Of a stretch of 64,000 nucleotides of DNA, positions 10,395 through 23,170 are shown in pieces (position 1 is the stretch's first letter; the number at the start of each line of letters is the position of its first letter). The stretch covers positions 39,432,001 through 39,496,000 of the forward strand of contig NW_024704745.1 in assembly GCF_018977255.1 (NCBI RefSeq), given 5' to 3'. This stretch comes from Callorhinchus milii. Its lineage: Eukaryota. The notes below the pieces were generated by a model, which did no database searches, was not told the DNA's origin, and saw only the letters and a program-made list of their open reading frames with translations. A program made the translations under genes and the position numbers.

Positions 10395-10540
10395 AGTGAT
10401 CGGGAGCACAGAGTGCTTAGCGAAGGAACAGAGAGCAGTTGTATCACCTTCCTGCAAATCTGGCTCTGAATCAGGAAACATAGCACAGGCCAGGAGTGAA
10501 ACATGAGACTTTCATGGTATGTAGCTCAGTGCCATGCCAT
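10395..10540 (-). mobile_element. AmnSINE2-like relic (5' part)
   Basis: Reverse complement loosely resembles the ggtactgagccacacagacc...ggtctgtgctgagttagctgatc head as recalled. Highly diverged. Confidence 0.4.
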
Positions 10541-10869
10541 ATCCTAAAAGAATAAAAGGATCCTGATTATTTTTAATGTGTAAGGGGTCTTAACATATCC
10601 ACTAAATTGACTGGACTATCATTAAATAATTTGTTGACACTATTAACAAAATATTTTGCATTAAGTTTCATTAAAAACTGGAAATACTTTGCAGTATTCT
10701 GCTCTTAATATCCAATAATAACATGGAATATAACTTAACCATACAGGATCAACCAGAATATAACCAGTATTATATCAACCAGTGGTGCCGTACAATAAAA
10801 ATCTCCACTCACAATGCTGACATTCTATTTTCTTTATTTCTCTATTTCTCACTTGTGTGTTCTCCAGGC

Positions 10870-10992
10870 AGATTCACTTGTAGATATATGGAGAAAAAGG
10901 CAAATACATGCGACTGAAAAAGATTTTTTTCAAAGAACAACCACAGACAATGGGCAGAATGGTAATCTGTGCTGTAAATTTCTATGATTCTA
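10870..10992 (+). mobile_element. CR1 LINE 3' tail fragment
   Basis: acagacaatgggcagaatgg...ctgtgctgtaaatttctatgattcta, a typical CR1 3' end. Confidence 0.65.
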
Positions 10993-11867
10993 AATTCCTC
11001 GAATCTCTCTGGTGCTCAAGATGCATCCTCTTACATCACCACCAAAATGGAATAACATAATAAGTTTCTTGTTTTCTAGCTAATATGCCGAAGTGATTCA
11101 AATGGAGTCGTTTACATTTGTTTTGATTTGTAGTTTTTACCTTTGTAAAGGGAATTAGTAATATTTCTCGTGTAGTGAACACTAAACACCGCATATCAAA
11201 CAAAAATAGCCCCCAGCCCTCGAAACTAGAGAAAGTTAATTCTGAGCTTCTGAGCTCCATAGGCTAAATTAACAAGATGTCACTGTTTGAATATATCAGG
11301 ACCATCAATGCAACAACAACAACAAATTACATTTGTATAGCACCTTTCCCTATGAGGACGTCCTGAGGCGCTGATCAGGCATAGTCTTGTGTAAAATAAC
11401 CAGCAGTTATTATTACCTGTTATTATTACCCATTTATTACCTGTGAGCATTGCAGCGTTATACTTTTTTTAATTCACAAGCCTTGATTTAACAAAGCTAG
11501 TCTTGACTAAATGTTAGTATAATGCATCTTCAACAATAAATTGAGCAGAGGGGTTTGGCATGGAGGCGAGTGTTGTTCATGGCACATTTTGTTGCATTAT
11601 GAAGCTGCAGAGCCCAACAGTTAATGTTTCACTGAAGTGGAAGAAAATTTGTAAAAAGAGGGTCACTGTTTCAAGCACAGGTGAGCAATGGATGAAGAAT
11701 GAGGACTTTGCACCAATGTGACCTAGAGTCATTGTCAGTGCTTATGCCAACAGTGAGCATGTTACTGGTAGTATGCGTGGGACTGGAACACAAAAGTATC
11801 CTGAATCCGGGAGGAAAGAGCCAAGTGTAAAAATGCAAAGAAAATGTTTTTTTTTCAGTGTTTAAAA

Positions 11868-12020
11868 GTGGATCCCCAGTCAATGCAAATTTAGCTGATC
11901 TGTGATTCGGGGAAGTGGGGGAGGGGTGATGGTAACAGTAAATTACTACAATTGGCCTCAAAGCACCAGGTAAAGAAAGGTGGGAGAACAGTTAAGGTTC
12001 TTGCACCTGATCCACTGCTA
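11868..12020 (+). mobile_element. AmnSINE2-like relic
   Basis: ttagctgatct...ctacaattggcctca...ggttcttgcacctgatc motifs shared with the copies at 24140 and 31670. Confidence 0.5.
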
Positions 12021-13100
12021 AGATTCATATCTGCAGAAATCAAATATAAATGAGAATTCACATGCTTTTAGGAAAAACACTCATAAAAGATGACGGTTAC
12101 CAAGCTCAGTATTCTTATTTTGAAAATTGCAGTTAATTCTCTGGGAAAGGGCGAGCTTCAACCTGTTTAAAATCAAATAGTTATAATGTTTTGTGATGAA
12201 CTAGCTTTTTTTCCTTGTTCATTTCACTTTGGTAGCAGGTTTGGGCTCGAGGGGAATATTTCTGCTTAAAACAGTTCATGCTGATAACCTAATTGGGGAG
12301 AAACTGTCTCAAAGCACTGTATTGTGAAGGAGCTGAATTAACATCGGCTGTGCTACTGTCATTAATATAAAGTATTCCATCTTAGATTGCAGTTCCTCAT
12401 CTTCATACTGGGATCTAATGTGCAACATGCGCAAACCAGATTTGATGTGCTAATTGCAACTTCCCGTTCTACATGTCAAAAGCCACCAAATTGTTTTGTA
12501 TCCAAAATGGCTAATTGTGATTTACAAAGCCGATAAATTGTGAAAAAGTCTGGTGGCATGTTCCCTGACCTTTTCTCATACTCTGTAGGAAATCACAATT
12601 GCCCATTTTGCGAATAAAACAATCTACACCAACTGTTGGGCTCAGTTACTCTTCCAATGTAGGGTTTACACTGAGGTCCACCCATCCCTCTTCAGTCACG
12701 GCCTGCTCTGAAGTGAAAGCTGACAGCCTAGTTAGAGTTAATTCTGCCAGTAGATGGTTCTTCCCTTATCACCAGACACTGACATTGCTTTCAGTTGCTG
12801 AACAACCACGAACAGCTATTTATTCCATGCATGCCTTTTTCCTTTGACATTTTGACAAAAGTTACTATCTAAATAGCAGCAGCATAAGAGGGAAAAGGAC
12901 AGAAGAAAATTTACCTCATGTACCAAGAAATATCTCAGTCTCCTCTACCTTCGGTAGCGTCTGATTTGGAAAAGCAATGGCAGAACATTCCCCTTATGTG
13001 CAAATTGTGTGTGTTATTTGTATGAAATCATGGTCTAAAATGTCATATTCACAAAATGAATTCATTGTGATTCTGGCCCAGTAGTACGGAGGCCAATTGT

Positions 13101-13405
13101 GGAGTCCTGTAGCTCAGTGGTTAGAGCACTCGCTTTGCAAGCGAGAGACCTGAGTTCAATTCCAGGCAGGGCGAAACCTTGGCCAAGTTTCCTTACTCCA
13201 CACGCCTAATAATAATCCCTCCAAGATAAAACAATAATAAATTGGTCATTTTCAATCTACGACTGTTTGTGGGACATTGCTGTGCGCAATTGGCTGCCGC
13301 GTTCGCCAACAAATATACAGTCAATTCACTTTACATTGTGTTCTGTGAAGCGCTTTTGGACGTCCTCCCGATGTGAAATGCAAGGATTATTATTATTATT
13401 ATTAT
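13101..13405 (+). mobile_element. tRNA-Ala-headed SINE, full length, low divergence
   Basis: ggagtcctgtagctcagtggttagagcactcgctttgcaagcgagagacctgagttcaattcc head and tail ending (TTA)n. Confidence 0.93.
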
Positions 13406-13419
13406 AATTGCAGCATTCT

Positions 13420-13532
13420 TTCCTGCCCCACCTGAGATCAACTAACTCAAAACATACCGGAGATCCAACTTAGGACTTTCCAGGTCAACATGAAACAGTT
13501 TACAACGGGCAGTTGCTTTACCAAAATGAACC
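13420..13532 (-). mobile_element. AmnSINE2-like relic (5' part)
   Basis: Reverse complement reads gacctggaaagtcctaagttggatctccggtatgttttgagttagttgatctcagg. Confidence 0.5.
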
Positions 13533-13640
13533 GGTTGCAAAGCCGATTTTGCACTTTTAATGGGTTCACATAGCTCAGACACTGTGCAAACTTTTCATAA
13601 AGGGATTTTAACCACATATTAATTGAAATACATGGTTAGG

Positions 13641-14045
13641 TGTCAGTCTGCCTGAGTTGGTAGCACTTTTGCCTCTGAATCAGGGTCTGTGGGTTCAAGT
13701 CCCACCTCAGGACTATGAACTCACATAGGCTAACAGTGTAGTGCTAATGGTGTGTTGCATTATGTAAGGTGCTGTTATTTGGGTGAAACATTAAACCTAG
13801 GTTCCATTTATCTGTTCAGGTGTACTTTAAAGATCCTATGACACTGTTCTAAAAGAGAAGGGAGTTCTCCTGGGATCCTGGCCAACAAAATCACAAGTAA
13901 AATTGGTCTTTCACTTTAAAGGTGGTTCTGCAACGTTGTGTGCAAAATGATTTTCGTGATTGCGTACAAAATACAGTCACTGCACTTTACCGTACATCAA
14001 GCTTTTGAGATGTGAAAAGCATGAGATCAAATGCAATTTTTGTTT
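13641..14045 (+). mobile_element. Deu-domain SINE (SacSINE1/AmnSINE1 family), diverged
   Basis: tRNA-like head ttggtagcact..gcctctgaatcag..gtgggttcaagtccc and Deu core ctgttcaggtg..taaagatcc..ggagttctcctgggatcctggccaac. Confidence 0.8.
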
Positions 14046-14503
14046 GCAAATATCGGCTTCAGCCCCCCCACACACACACACAGCTGTCAAGCCAATTGCA
14101 ATAATCTCAAATGTCTCCACCCTCACATCTGGTAGTTGTGCATTGCTGAATGATTTTGCAGACTTGCAGGGTTTGAATACAGGGCAACATATATTTCACC
14201 TGAGTCAGTGCCACAATCAAACTCACAATACTATCTATCAGATGTTCACAGTACCCACAGGCAGATCTGACTGGACTGTCATTCAAGAACACTACAAACT
14301 TATTGTATAAGGTAAAAACTAGCACAGATTGCTACTTTTCATAAACTAGAACCAAGAAATAATCTGAACATTTGACAATGACAGTGTGTCAAGCACTGCG
14401 GCTTATCCAGGCAACGTGAGCTGAACCCGATCCGTGTCACTGAAGTCGAAATGTTCTATGGTAACAGTGCCCAGCTGTCATACAAGCTGCCAGTTGTTTT
14501 ATG

Positions 14504-14926
14504 TGTCAGCTTTGCCCAGTTGGTAGCACTGTCGCCTCCAATTCGGAAGGATGCAGGTTCAAGCCTTGCATTGCGACTTGGAACTCATAAAATCTAAGAT
14601 GACACTCCAATTACAGTGCTTGCGGTGTATTGGAGGTGCCGTCCTTCAGATGAGACGTTAAACCAAGGCTCTGTCTGTCTGTTCAGGTGAACTTTAAAGA
14701 TCCCTTGGCACCATTCAAACAGTAAAAGGAAGTTTGTCCGGGGTCCTGGCCAACAATCCCACAAATAAAATTGGCCATTTACTTCATGGCTGTTTGTGCA
14801 ACATTGCCTCTGTCCAAATTGCCTGCTGGGTTCACCCACACACAAAGGGATTGGACTTTACAGTATTTCTTGTGAAGCATTTTGGAACCTGCTCCTGACA
14901 TGAAAGGGTCTATACCAAATGTAAGG

Positions 14927-14970
<44 letters not shown>
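14504..14970 (+). mobile_element. Deu-domain SINE, full length, with (TTA)n tail
   Basis: Deu core ggaggtgccgtccttcagatgagacgttaaacc...taaagatccc...cctggccaac and L2-type tail. Confidence 0.88.
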
Positions 14971-14971
<1 letters not shown>

Positions 14972-17900
14972 CATTGCTTGACTGAGTTGCTGACCCAATT
15001 CCCTTAAGAGTTATTCCAGGGTCAACCACTAGCCCTATCTCCTGTTCAATCATCCTTGATCACTCCTATTTTTCATTTGCAGGACATGTTTTCCTTGGTT
15101 TTCGATTTGAGCAGCACCCACACAACTAATCGAAAGTTAACTACGTGAACTGGGGGTTTATTGAACGTACCCACCTGTTGGTTTTTTTTGCAGTAACAAA
15201 GTCATAATTCTGCTCTCAATTTTTTAAAAAAACACAGAAGTGTGATAAACTTTAAAAAGAATAAAGACGAAATCTACAGTGTACAGGCTACTGCTATTCT
15301 GTGTATGTGGCGATTAACATGTTTGGAATAGATCTTATCTTTAAAGTACAGCAGTAATTCTATGTTGCTTGCACAGGTACGTCATGTTGGTAGCTTGCTT
15401 TTATCAGTACACCTGTAGCTCCTGCACTTAGGATTCAAGAACTCTTTCTTAAAAAGATTTTATTCAGTGTGAAAAACAAATAATAAAAAAAGTGCTTCTG
15501 ATTTTTCTGGAACTCAGTTTCATCTTTTTCAAATAATTGCATTCGAAAGAAACTTATGTATTTGAATAATGGTAACTCTCATCCTATTTGCTTTGAATTT
15601 GTGCTCACGATGTGTGGTTAATGGTAAAGTAGATATTCTCAGATGCCAACCGCACTGTACTGTACATCAGGTATTTGCAGAATGTCTACACGGCCTGAGA
15701 TGAATTTGCAAAATGACCTCCAACAAAAATTGCAATCTTGCAAAGAAAAACATCTTCTACAAATGAGACACGGATTGATTTCTACTTCTGTCACCAAGCA
15801 ACATTATTGCAATTCACAAAAAAACGGAGAATTGAGCTATGTTTAGTTTATGCAAAGTATATAGCTGTAGGACACTTGAGCTCTAACCTCGACTTAATGT
15901 GGTGTTACATTCAGGAAATTAAAATGGCACAACATATCCCACATAAGCCCCGATCGTTTCCATTGCAGCTTTTTTTACAAAAAGAAAACTCATTTTTAAG
16001 ATAGAAGAGAACCAAATGCCATGTACCTTAGTGTGCGTTAAGCGCTTGAAACTGTGACCTGTTAAAATTGAAAACATGATGGCAGTGGAAATACTCCCAA
16101 CTTCTGGAAACTAACAATCTCCTGAACAATTCACACCTCTTTTTTTTCCTTTTGTTTAAAAAAAACTCTTAACTTTATCGCTTCTTTGGGGCTCGTCTTG
16201 TGTTCAGGTTTTGAAGCTGTCCTTGGCTACATGCGTCTAATTAATATTCCTGAGAAGCTGCCTCAGTTTGCACGTTTCGCACTTGTGTGCTAATAGGGGA
16301 TGAGTTGGCTGTTGAAGAGAACAGGAAGCTCTGAATGGGAAGGGAGTCAGTAATGAATTTCAGTAATGAACGCTTTTATGCAGCTTTTCACAAAGCCCTC
16401 CTGATTATATGGGAAAATGACACCCAGTGAATGGCTGCCTGTCTATACACACCTTTGAGCAAACAGAATTAGCAAATCTCTTGAAAGCCTGGGCTGCTGT
16501 AAGCTCATTTTATATTATTATGTCAGTGACTGTGAAAAATGTGAGAGAGTGGGGCTCACAGGAAATAAATAAATCGGTTATCAGCTGGTTAGTTAATATG
16601 CATCCCGATTGCTAAGGTGGAATCATTTTTTTTATTGTGTACCTTGCGATCACCTGAATTGTTAGTTACAGTCATCGTGTTCAGACATATGGTTTCGTTT
16701 CCAACCACACAGCATGAACCCCTGATCCTACATTTGTACTGGTCTTATATCACTGTTTGGAACAAACTACCATGAAAAGCAGAGAGGCATTGGCGTTATT
16801 CAAAGTAAAACGAAATGTCCTTTTGGGGCAACAGCTTTGATGTGTCAAATGACTTTTTCTCATCTTTGATTTTATTGTCTTCAAACACTGGATTGATGGA
16901 TGGCACTCACGATTCTAAAACCTACAAACTGATTTAAAATATAATAATACGGATTTAAAAGAAACTACAAGTGAATGAAATAAAAACTTAGCTGAGTTTC
17001 CTAATGCTTTTCAGCATTATTCCTCTGTCAAGTATTGACCAGCAGTATTTTACTTCCACTGGAAACAATTGAATGCTGGATTTTTTTTTATTGCTCCCAT
17101 TATTTACCGGTTGGAACTTCAATAAGCATTCCGCCTGGTTCACATTCCTTGCTTAAAAGGTTGCTTTCTGAATTGCTTCCGTCACTTTCCTGCACCTGTT
17201 TTTCTTTCCCCATTTAATCTCTGGCAAAGTGCTCAGCATTCGTGTTATTCCCAGTGCCTCCCGAGTTGCACAGCTCACTGGCCTGGGCCGGGGTGCAGTT
17301 GGGATATGCCCTAGAATGGCTTTTTGTTGATGTTAGCTGGAGTGGGAGTCCAGTGTTGCCGTGGAGCAGAAATGGTATTGAATTTGCTCACTGAGGCAGA
17401 ACACTCAACAGGAAGGAAGGAAGGAAGCAGCTATTCTCTCTGTTCCTATTGTCTGACCATCGGGCTTAAGCAATCAAACAACTATGCAGACAGGGCTGCA
17501 GCAGTGGCAGTCATGCTTGTTGTGGTGGGGGATGGGATGCTGTATCCCTCTAATCTCTTTCAGCTTTTTAACTCGGTCAACACGTTTCCACATCCTATCT
17601 GGCTTGTCCAGCTCCTCTTGTGCAAGGAACTGGAGGTGGCAATTCCACCCCCCCCCCCCCCCCCCCCCAAAAAAAAACTATTTTATTTGAAACACTCCTG
17701 CCATTTTTCACTCTTGTTCATTCAGCCTGCTGCTAAGTACTGTTTTGTCCTTTTTTTTTATTTGTTACCTAAGGTAGAAAAAAGTCAAGTCAGTGTGAAT
17801 TAGATTCGACTGCTCTTATGTGGCATTTGGGTGTGTAATTGCCTTGAAAATGACTCCGTGAGTAGACTTTATTGTTGCTTGTACATTCCTGACTTGATTC

Positions 17901-19369
17901 AGTGTGAATATAAACCTAATCCTGTTTCCACTTTTCCTTTTTTATATTTAAAAAAAAGACAATTTATCTTGTTCAACTTTTTTTTCTAAAAAAATCTTAT
18001 CAGGGCCATTCAGGAGCAGTGACTGGAAGAATGAAAGAGAAAATTTCAAGTGTTCCTGTTTCTATCCTGCTTGCTGGTTACAAAAAAAGGATGCTTTCAG
18101 CTGCACTCACCTCCTTAAAGATGCCTCCTGTGATAACCCTCCTTCAGTTGTCTACCTCTTCAGACTAATTAGAGTTTCTATTCTAAGCCATCCGCGGCCT
18201 TGCCATGGTAGACTAACTTTTCTGTATGTCTGGAAGGTAATGAAAAGCCTTGCGATTTCTTGCGCTTAGAGCAATGCCTGCATGGCATACACATGCCGGC
18301 GATGAGAAAATAGGACAGATTGCCTGGCTTCCAACTTGACAGACCAGTAAATGAATGATCAAGCGAGCTGTTGGTGGGGGGCGGGGGGGATTTTTTTCAG
18401 ATCAGGTTGTTTTGGTGTTATCCACACTAAAACTTTCTGATTGCGATTAACTTTAGTTTTTATAACAAATTTGCAATCTTTTATTGAATGATAAGCTATT
18501 AACATGACAAATGGTCCAGGAAGTTAACATATTAAAATATTGAAATGAATTTGAATGTTAATCATATGTGGGCAAAAATTTAAACTGCACTGGCTTTACA
18601 GTTCAATAGTGACATTCTCGCATACCTAGCAGGAGTGGAGGTTGAAATAACTATGCATTACACTGCAGTCTATCTTGGGTCCGTAACACTGTCTGTCCAG
18701 TGCCTTGGGACGTCCTCCAGATGTGAAAGGCGCTATAGAAATGTAATTTTGTTGTGTTATTTCTTCATGAAATATCACAAATCAGACCTGATGCTGAATA
18801 ATTCATAATAAGGGAGAGCTCCCATCCTCCCCTGCCCCTGGTACAACTTCTTCTGGTTGCATTACAGTATGCCCCACAAGCAGGGGCTTGAGGGGCATCG
18901 TGATAACCCTGTCCCAATGTAAAATTACTGACATCAGCTTTTGGGCACTTTGTTTCTTCACTGTGTTGGCCTTGTAGTTCTATGTTTGGGATCTCTTCTG
19001 GTTTCAATATGGGGTTCTTGCCTACAAGTACTCAGTCACTACACTACATTTTACAGAAAACACAGCGGAATGCTTTGAAACATTTTGATGTGACCAGGTT
19101 CTGTATCAATTACAAGCATTATTAGTTCTGTGCAACAGATCACTGGCATATGTTGTGCAGGTGGTGCACACAACATCTATTCATGTATGCTGTCTAAAAA
19201 TATTGCAATATTGAAGTTGGAACATTCATTTAATGGACACACAGCGGTAGCGCTAGCATCCCTAAAGGCTTCCTAATTGGATTTTTGAAAATGCCCCTTA
19301 TGTCAGTACAGTAAACACAGCATTAGACATGCATAGAGCAATGTTCAAAATGGGTTCAGTTGAACTTTC

Positions 19370-19645
19370 ATAGAGTAGGCTGGTATTCCAGTGCATTGCT
19401 GAAGGACCACTGCATTGTTGAAGGTGCTGACCATAAGATGGCGCATCAAACTGATGTCTTGTTTGCCTACTCAGGTAGATATTAAAGATTCTACAACACA
19501 ATTTGAAAAGAACAAGTTTTTTTTCTCACTGTTCTGGCTATAAATCCTCCAGATAAAATTGGTTACTCGCTTCATGGTTGTTTGTGGAACATTGTTGTGC
19601 ATAATTGGCTGAAACGTTTGTGAACAAGTGCACAGTCATTATATC
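19370..19645 (+). mobile_element. Deu-domain SINE fragment, old
   Basis: ctgcattgttgaaggtgctg...ctcaggtagatattaaagat...ttgtttgtggaacattgttgtgcataattggctg. Confidence 0.65.
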
Positions 19646-19699
19646 ACTCTGATCTCCTCAAGGCTCCTGGCCTTTCTCTGAAACTTTCCAAACCAGTGT

Positions 19700-20550
19700 G
19701 AAATCTTGGCATCTAGCTCAATTTCCCAGCTTTCCTTTCTCAGATGCAATACCTCACCAAGACCACCTTCCTTCACCTTGCCACTGAAGCAATCATTCAC
19801 ACCCTTGTTACATCTGGCTTAGAACTTTCCAACTCACTCTGCACTGGTCTTTCCAGCTGCACCACTCACAAGCTGGAATGTATTCAAAACTCTGCTGCCT
19901 GAACGCTCAGTATCACCAAACACCACACGCCTATCACCCCAGTCCTCACTAGTCTCCACTGTCTCCAAAAGCTCACCCACAAATCTATCCACTGCACCTC
20001 CTTATCTTTCAGACCTTCTCCTAACCTACTTTTCCACTCAGCTAAGTTGGGCTTGCTGCTCATCTCCTGTCCTCTCCACACCACTATTGGTGGCCAAGAC
20101 TTTAGTTCTGTACCCCTAACCACTACAACAACAATATTACATTTGTGTAGCACCTTTCACATCAGGAGGATGTCCCAAGGTGCTGGCCAGAGTTTTGGAC
20201 TCAAATTGGGGGCCAGGAATGGGGGAGGGGAGTGGAGGGCAGAGGGGAAATAGGGTGAATGAAAGCACGGTTGAAGAGGAGGGTCTTGAGGTGGGTGTTG
20301 AAGGAGGCAAGGGAGGGGGCAAGGTGGAGGGACTATGGGATGGTGTTCCTGAGGGTGGAATCAGAAACACCCTGTACTTACCAATCTGTTTGGCTCCCTC
20401 TCTTTCTGTCTTTAAATCCCACATTAAATCTTACTTCTTCGAACATGCTTATGACAACCTTCCTGTCCCTTGCCCCTTTGCTCAGCATCCAATGCTATCC
20501 CTGTAAAGCACTCTTGAAACATTGCCTTAAGTGAAGGATGCTATGTAGAC
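19700..20550 (+). mobile_element. Old L2 LINE 3' fragment (+) interrupted by a younger L2 3' end on the - strand (~20120-20370)
   Basis: Degenerate L2 ORF2 C-terminus (EAIIHTLVTS.LE.SNSL-like...IQNSAA) on +. Nested (caa)n-tailed opposite-strand piece. Confidence 0.7.
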
Positions 20551-21352
20551 TATTAATCCTCGCTATCCATGTTCCAAAGTGAAGAATGGTCATTTGGCTG
20601 AGATGCTGTAGTACAAACTGCACCTTTAAGTTATATCCCAATTAAGTCAGCAGCTTTAAGAGAGGAGGAAGCAGTTTCTTTTTTTTAAATCTTAAGAGAG
20701 AAGTCTATTTTAACCTGAAATCTACATTTTGAAAGCTAATACAAGAAAGATAACTATATTCTTCAAGAACAATGTAAAACTTTACAAATGTCTATTAGGT
20801 ACCACCAAAGCCAATGTGATCTGATTCAGACTGAAAGATAAACCAAATTCAGAGAAGCAGACTTTCAGTCCCCAGGGTTGATCTCCAGTTATCAGGAAAC
20901 AGACCTTAGAGAGCAAGAGCATTGCATTTTCCACTGGGTCATCAATTTATGGTACATTTAGGGATCAGAAAAAAAGAAAATGCTCTTGCTTGATATTTAC
21001 TGACCAACAAATCACCCAATCTCCTTCTCACCCATTCCCATTAGTTTTGCAACACAGAATGGGCTGTTTGGGAATTTTCAGTCAGCAACAGAAAGATGAC
21101 CTATATCACTATCAGTAAATCATGCAGCCTTAGGTCAGTATGTCTAATGACTACCTGATTTACAACACCATATTCTGAATGAAAACCAATTACCCTTTTG
21201 TGTGAGGTCTCACCAAGGTTTTCCTTAAGCAAATTAGAACTGTTGGCCCACCATCTATTGTTATTTGAAACCACAATGTCACTGAGTCATTTAAATCAAT
21301 GCCAGACTTTTTTCTAACCCAAATTTTCCAGGCCCTTAGGAAAAATGATAAC

Positions 21353-21815
21353 ACATAGAATCATAGAATATTACAGCACAGAAGGAGGCCATTTGGCCCA
21401 TCGTGCCTGTGCAGGCTCTTTGGAAGAGCTACCCAATCAGTCCCACTCCCCTGCTCTTTCCCCATATCCTTGCAAATTTTTCCTTTTCATGTACCTATCC
21501 AATTTCTCCTTTCTGATCCCTCCTATTTCTGACTACTCTTTATTCTAAAGTTATTTGTCTCTTCCAGTCTTCTATGTTTTCTTGTTTCGCCTCTCTGATG
21601 CTACTTCCTGGTTCCCCATTTGCCAAATTAGTTTAAAATCTCCACCCACAGCACTAGTTAACCTCCCTGCAAGAACATTCATCCTAGCCATGTTCAGGTG
21701 CAGCCCATTCACCTTGCCCAAACTTGGTCCCAATGCCCCAGGAATCTGAAGCCCTTCCTGCTGCACCATTTCTCCAGCTCACATTAAGCTGCTTTCTCTT
21801 GCTGCTCCTATATGC
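21353..21815 (-). mobile_element. Internally deleted CR1 LINE: ORF1 esterase C-terminus joined to the 3'UTR tail
   Basis: Tail catagaatcatagaa...acagcacagaaggaggccatttggccca. The adjacent ORF 21572-21769 contains GLHLN...VLAGRL, typical of the CR1 ORF1 esterase end. Confidence 0.75.
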
Positions 21816-21890
21816 ACTATCAGAGTTTGGGACTGTAATATTGACAACTAATGGTTTCCAAAAGGTAAACCATATGTATCATCATTATGT

Positions 21891-22196
21891 GGAGTCCTGT
21901 AGCTCCTGTATCTCACAAGCGAGAGACCTGGGTTCGATTCCTGGCAGGGTGAAACCTTGGGCAAGTTACCTTACTCCACACTCCTGATAATAATCCCTCA
22001 AGAAAAAAGGACAATAATAAATTGGTCACTTCAATCCATGACTGTTTGTGGGACACTGCTGTGCGCAATTGGCTGCGGTGTTTCGCCCACAAATATACAC
22101 TTTAATTCATTTTGCAGTCTATTCTGTGAAGTGCTTTGAGACGTCTAGAAGACATGAAAAGCACTATATCAAATGCAAGGATTATTATTATTATTA
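21891..22196 (+). mobile_element. tRNA-Ala-headed SINE with a short deletion in the head
   Basis: Same family as 13101, with (TTA)n tail. Confidence 0.9.
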
Positions 22197-22298
22197 CACA
22201 CCCTATCATCACCCCATTATAGCATTAAATTGTTTCTTAGATGAGCTTGTCATGGCCTATTCCATCTTGCCTGGGAACCCATCCCAGTTTTTATTTAG

Positions 22299-22435
22299 GT
22301 GTTAGCCTGCCTTATTTGTTAGCACTGTTGCCTCTGAGTCAGAAGGTTGTGGGTTCATCTCGGGACTTCAAACTCACAGTAGGCTGATAGTAGGCTGGAG
22401 GAACGCTACACAGTCAGAGGTGCCATTCCTTGGGT
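22299..22435 (+). mobile_element. Deu-domain SINE 5' fragment
   Basis: tagcactgttgcctctgagtcagaaggttgtgggttc head. Confidence 0.7.
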
Positions 22436-22479
22436 AGAATGAAAAGAAAGATGGTTGCATAAATTGGATTTTGAAGCCA

Positions 22480-22690
22480 AATCCATGACAACATTAAAAA
22501 GGATTCAGATAACTTCTTGAGAAAAGAAATATAAGTCATCAGTGATAAGGGGAAAGAACAGTGTAATCAGATTAAAGTAGAAGGCTCCAGTGAGCGACCA
22601 AACACCAGCACAGACCCAATTGGCTGCATTGGATTCATTCTGTGCTGTAAACTTTCTATTATTCTATGAAATTGTTATTCTATGATTGTT
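22480..22690 (+). mobile_element. CR1 LINE 3' tail fragment
   Basis: ccagcacagacccaattggctg...ttctgtgctgtaaactttctat..ttctatga. Confidence 0.65.
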
Positions 22691-22829
22691 GCTTATGACC
22701 AATATGTGAACCTGAATTCCAAGTCATGCGCAAAGATATCTACTGTGGGGACACTTGTTGCTGAAGGGATGAGGATGAGCCATCATCGCCATAAGTACTG
22801 CAAGGGTAGACCTGCATCAATGTTAATAC

Positions 22830-23170
22830 ACAAAATATACAGTCAATTCACTTTATAGTATATGTTGTTAAGCGCTTTGAGACATCTCAATGTCATGATA
22901 AGGTGCTATTTCCAAATACAAGGATTATTATTATTATTTTTATTACTCTTAATGTGTCAACTTGACTCAGAATCATTTTTCCGGGGGTATTAATACCTTA
23001 AAAAAAATGTGGCCACTCAATCCAAGACTGTTTGTGGGACACTGCTGTGTGCAATTGGCTGGCACCTTTCACCCACAAAATATACAGTCAATTCATTTTA
23101 CAGTCAGTTCTGTGAAGTGCTTTGACGTGATAAGGCACTATATCAAATGCAAGGATTATTATTATTATTA
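22830..23170 (+). mobile_element. Two adjacent 5'-truncated SINE tails (22830-22945, 23005-23170)
   Basis: Both carry aaatatacagtcaattca...aaggattattatt. Confidence 0.8.

Noticed and set aside
13101-13175. tRNA-Ala(TGC) gene (also at 8828 and 21891)
   Set aside because: No proper acceptor stem or poly-T terminator. It continues into a SINE body and tail, so it is a SINE head.
17324-17803. 159-aa ORF
   Set aside because: Non-ATG start, crosses a poly-C/poly-A run, no recognisable motifs or splice support.
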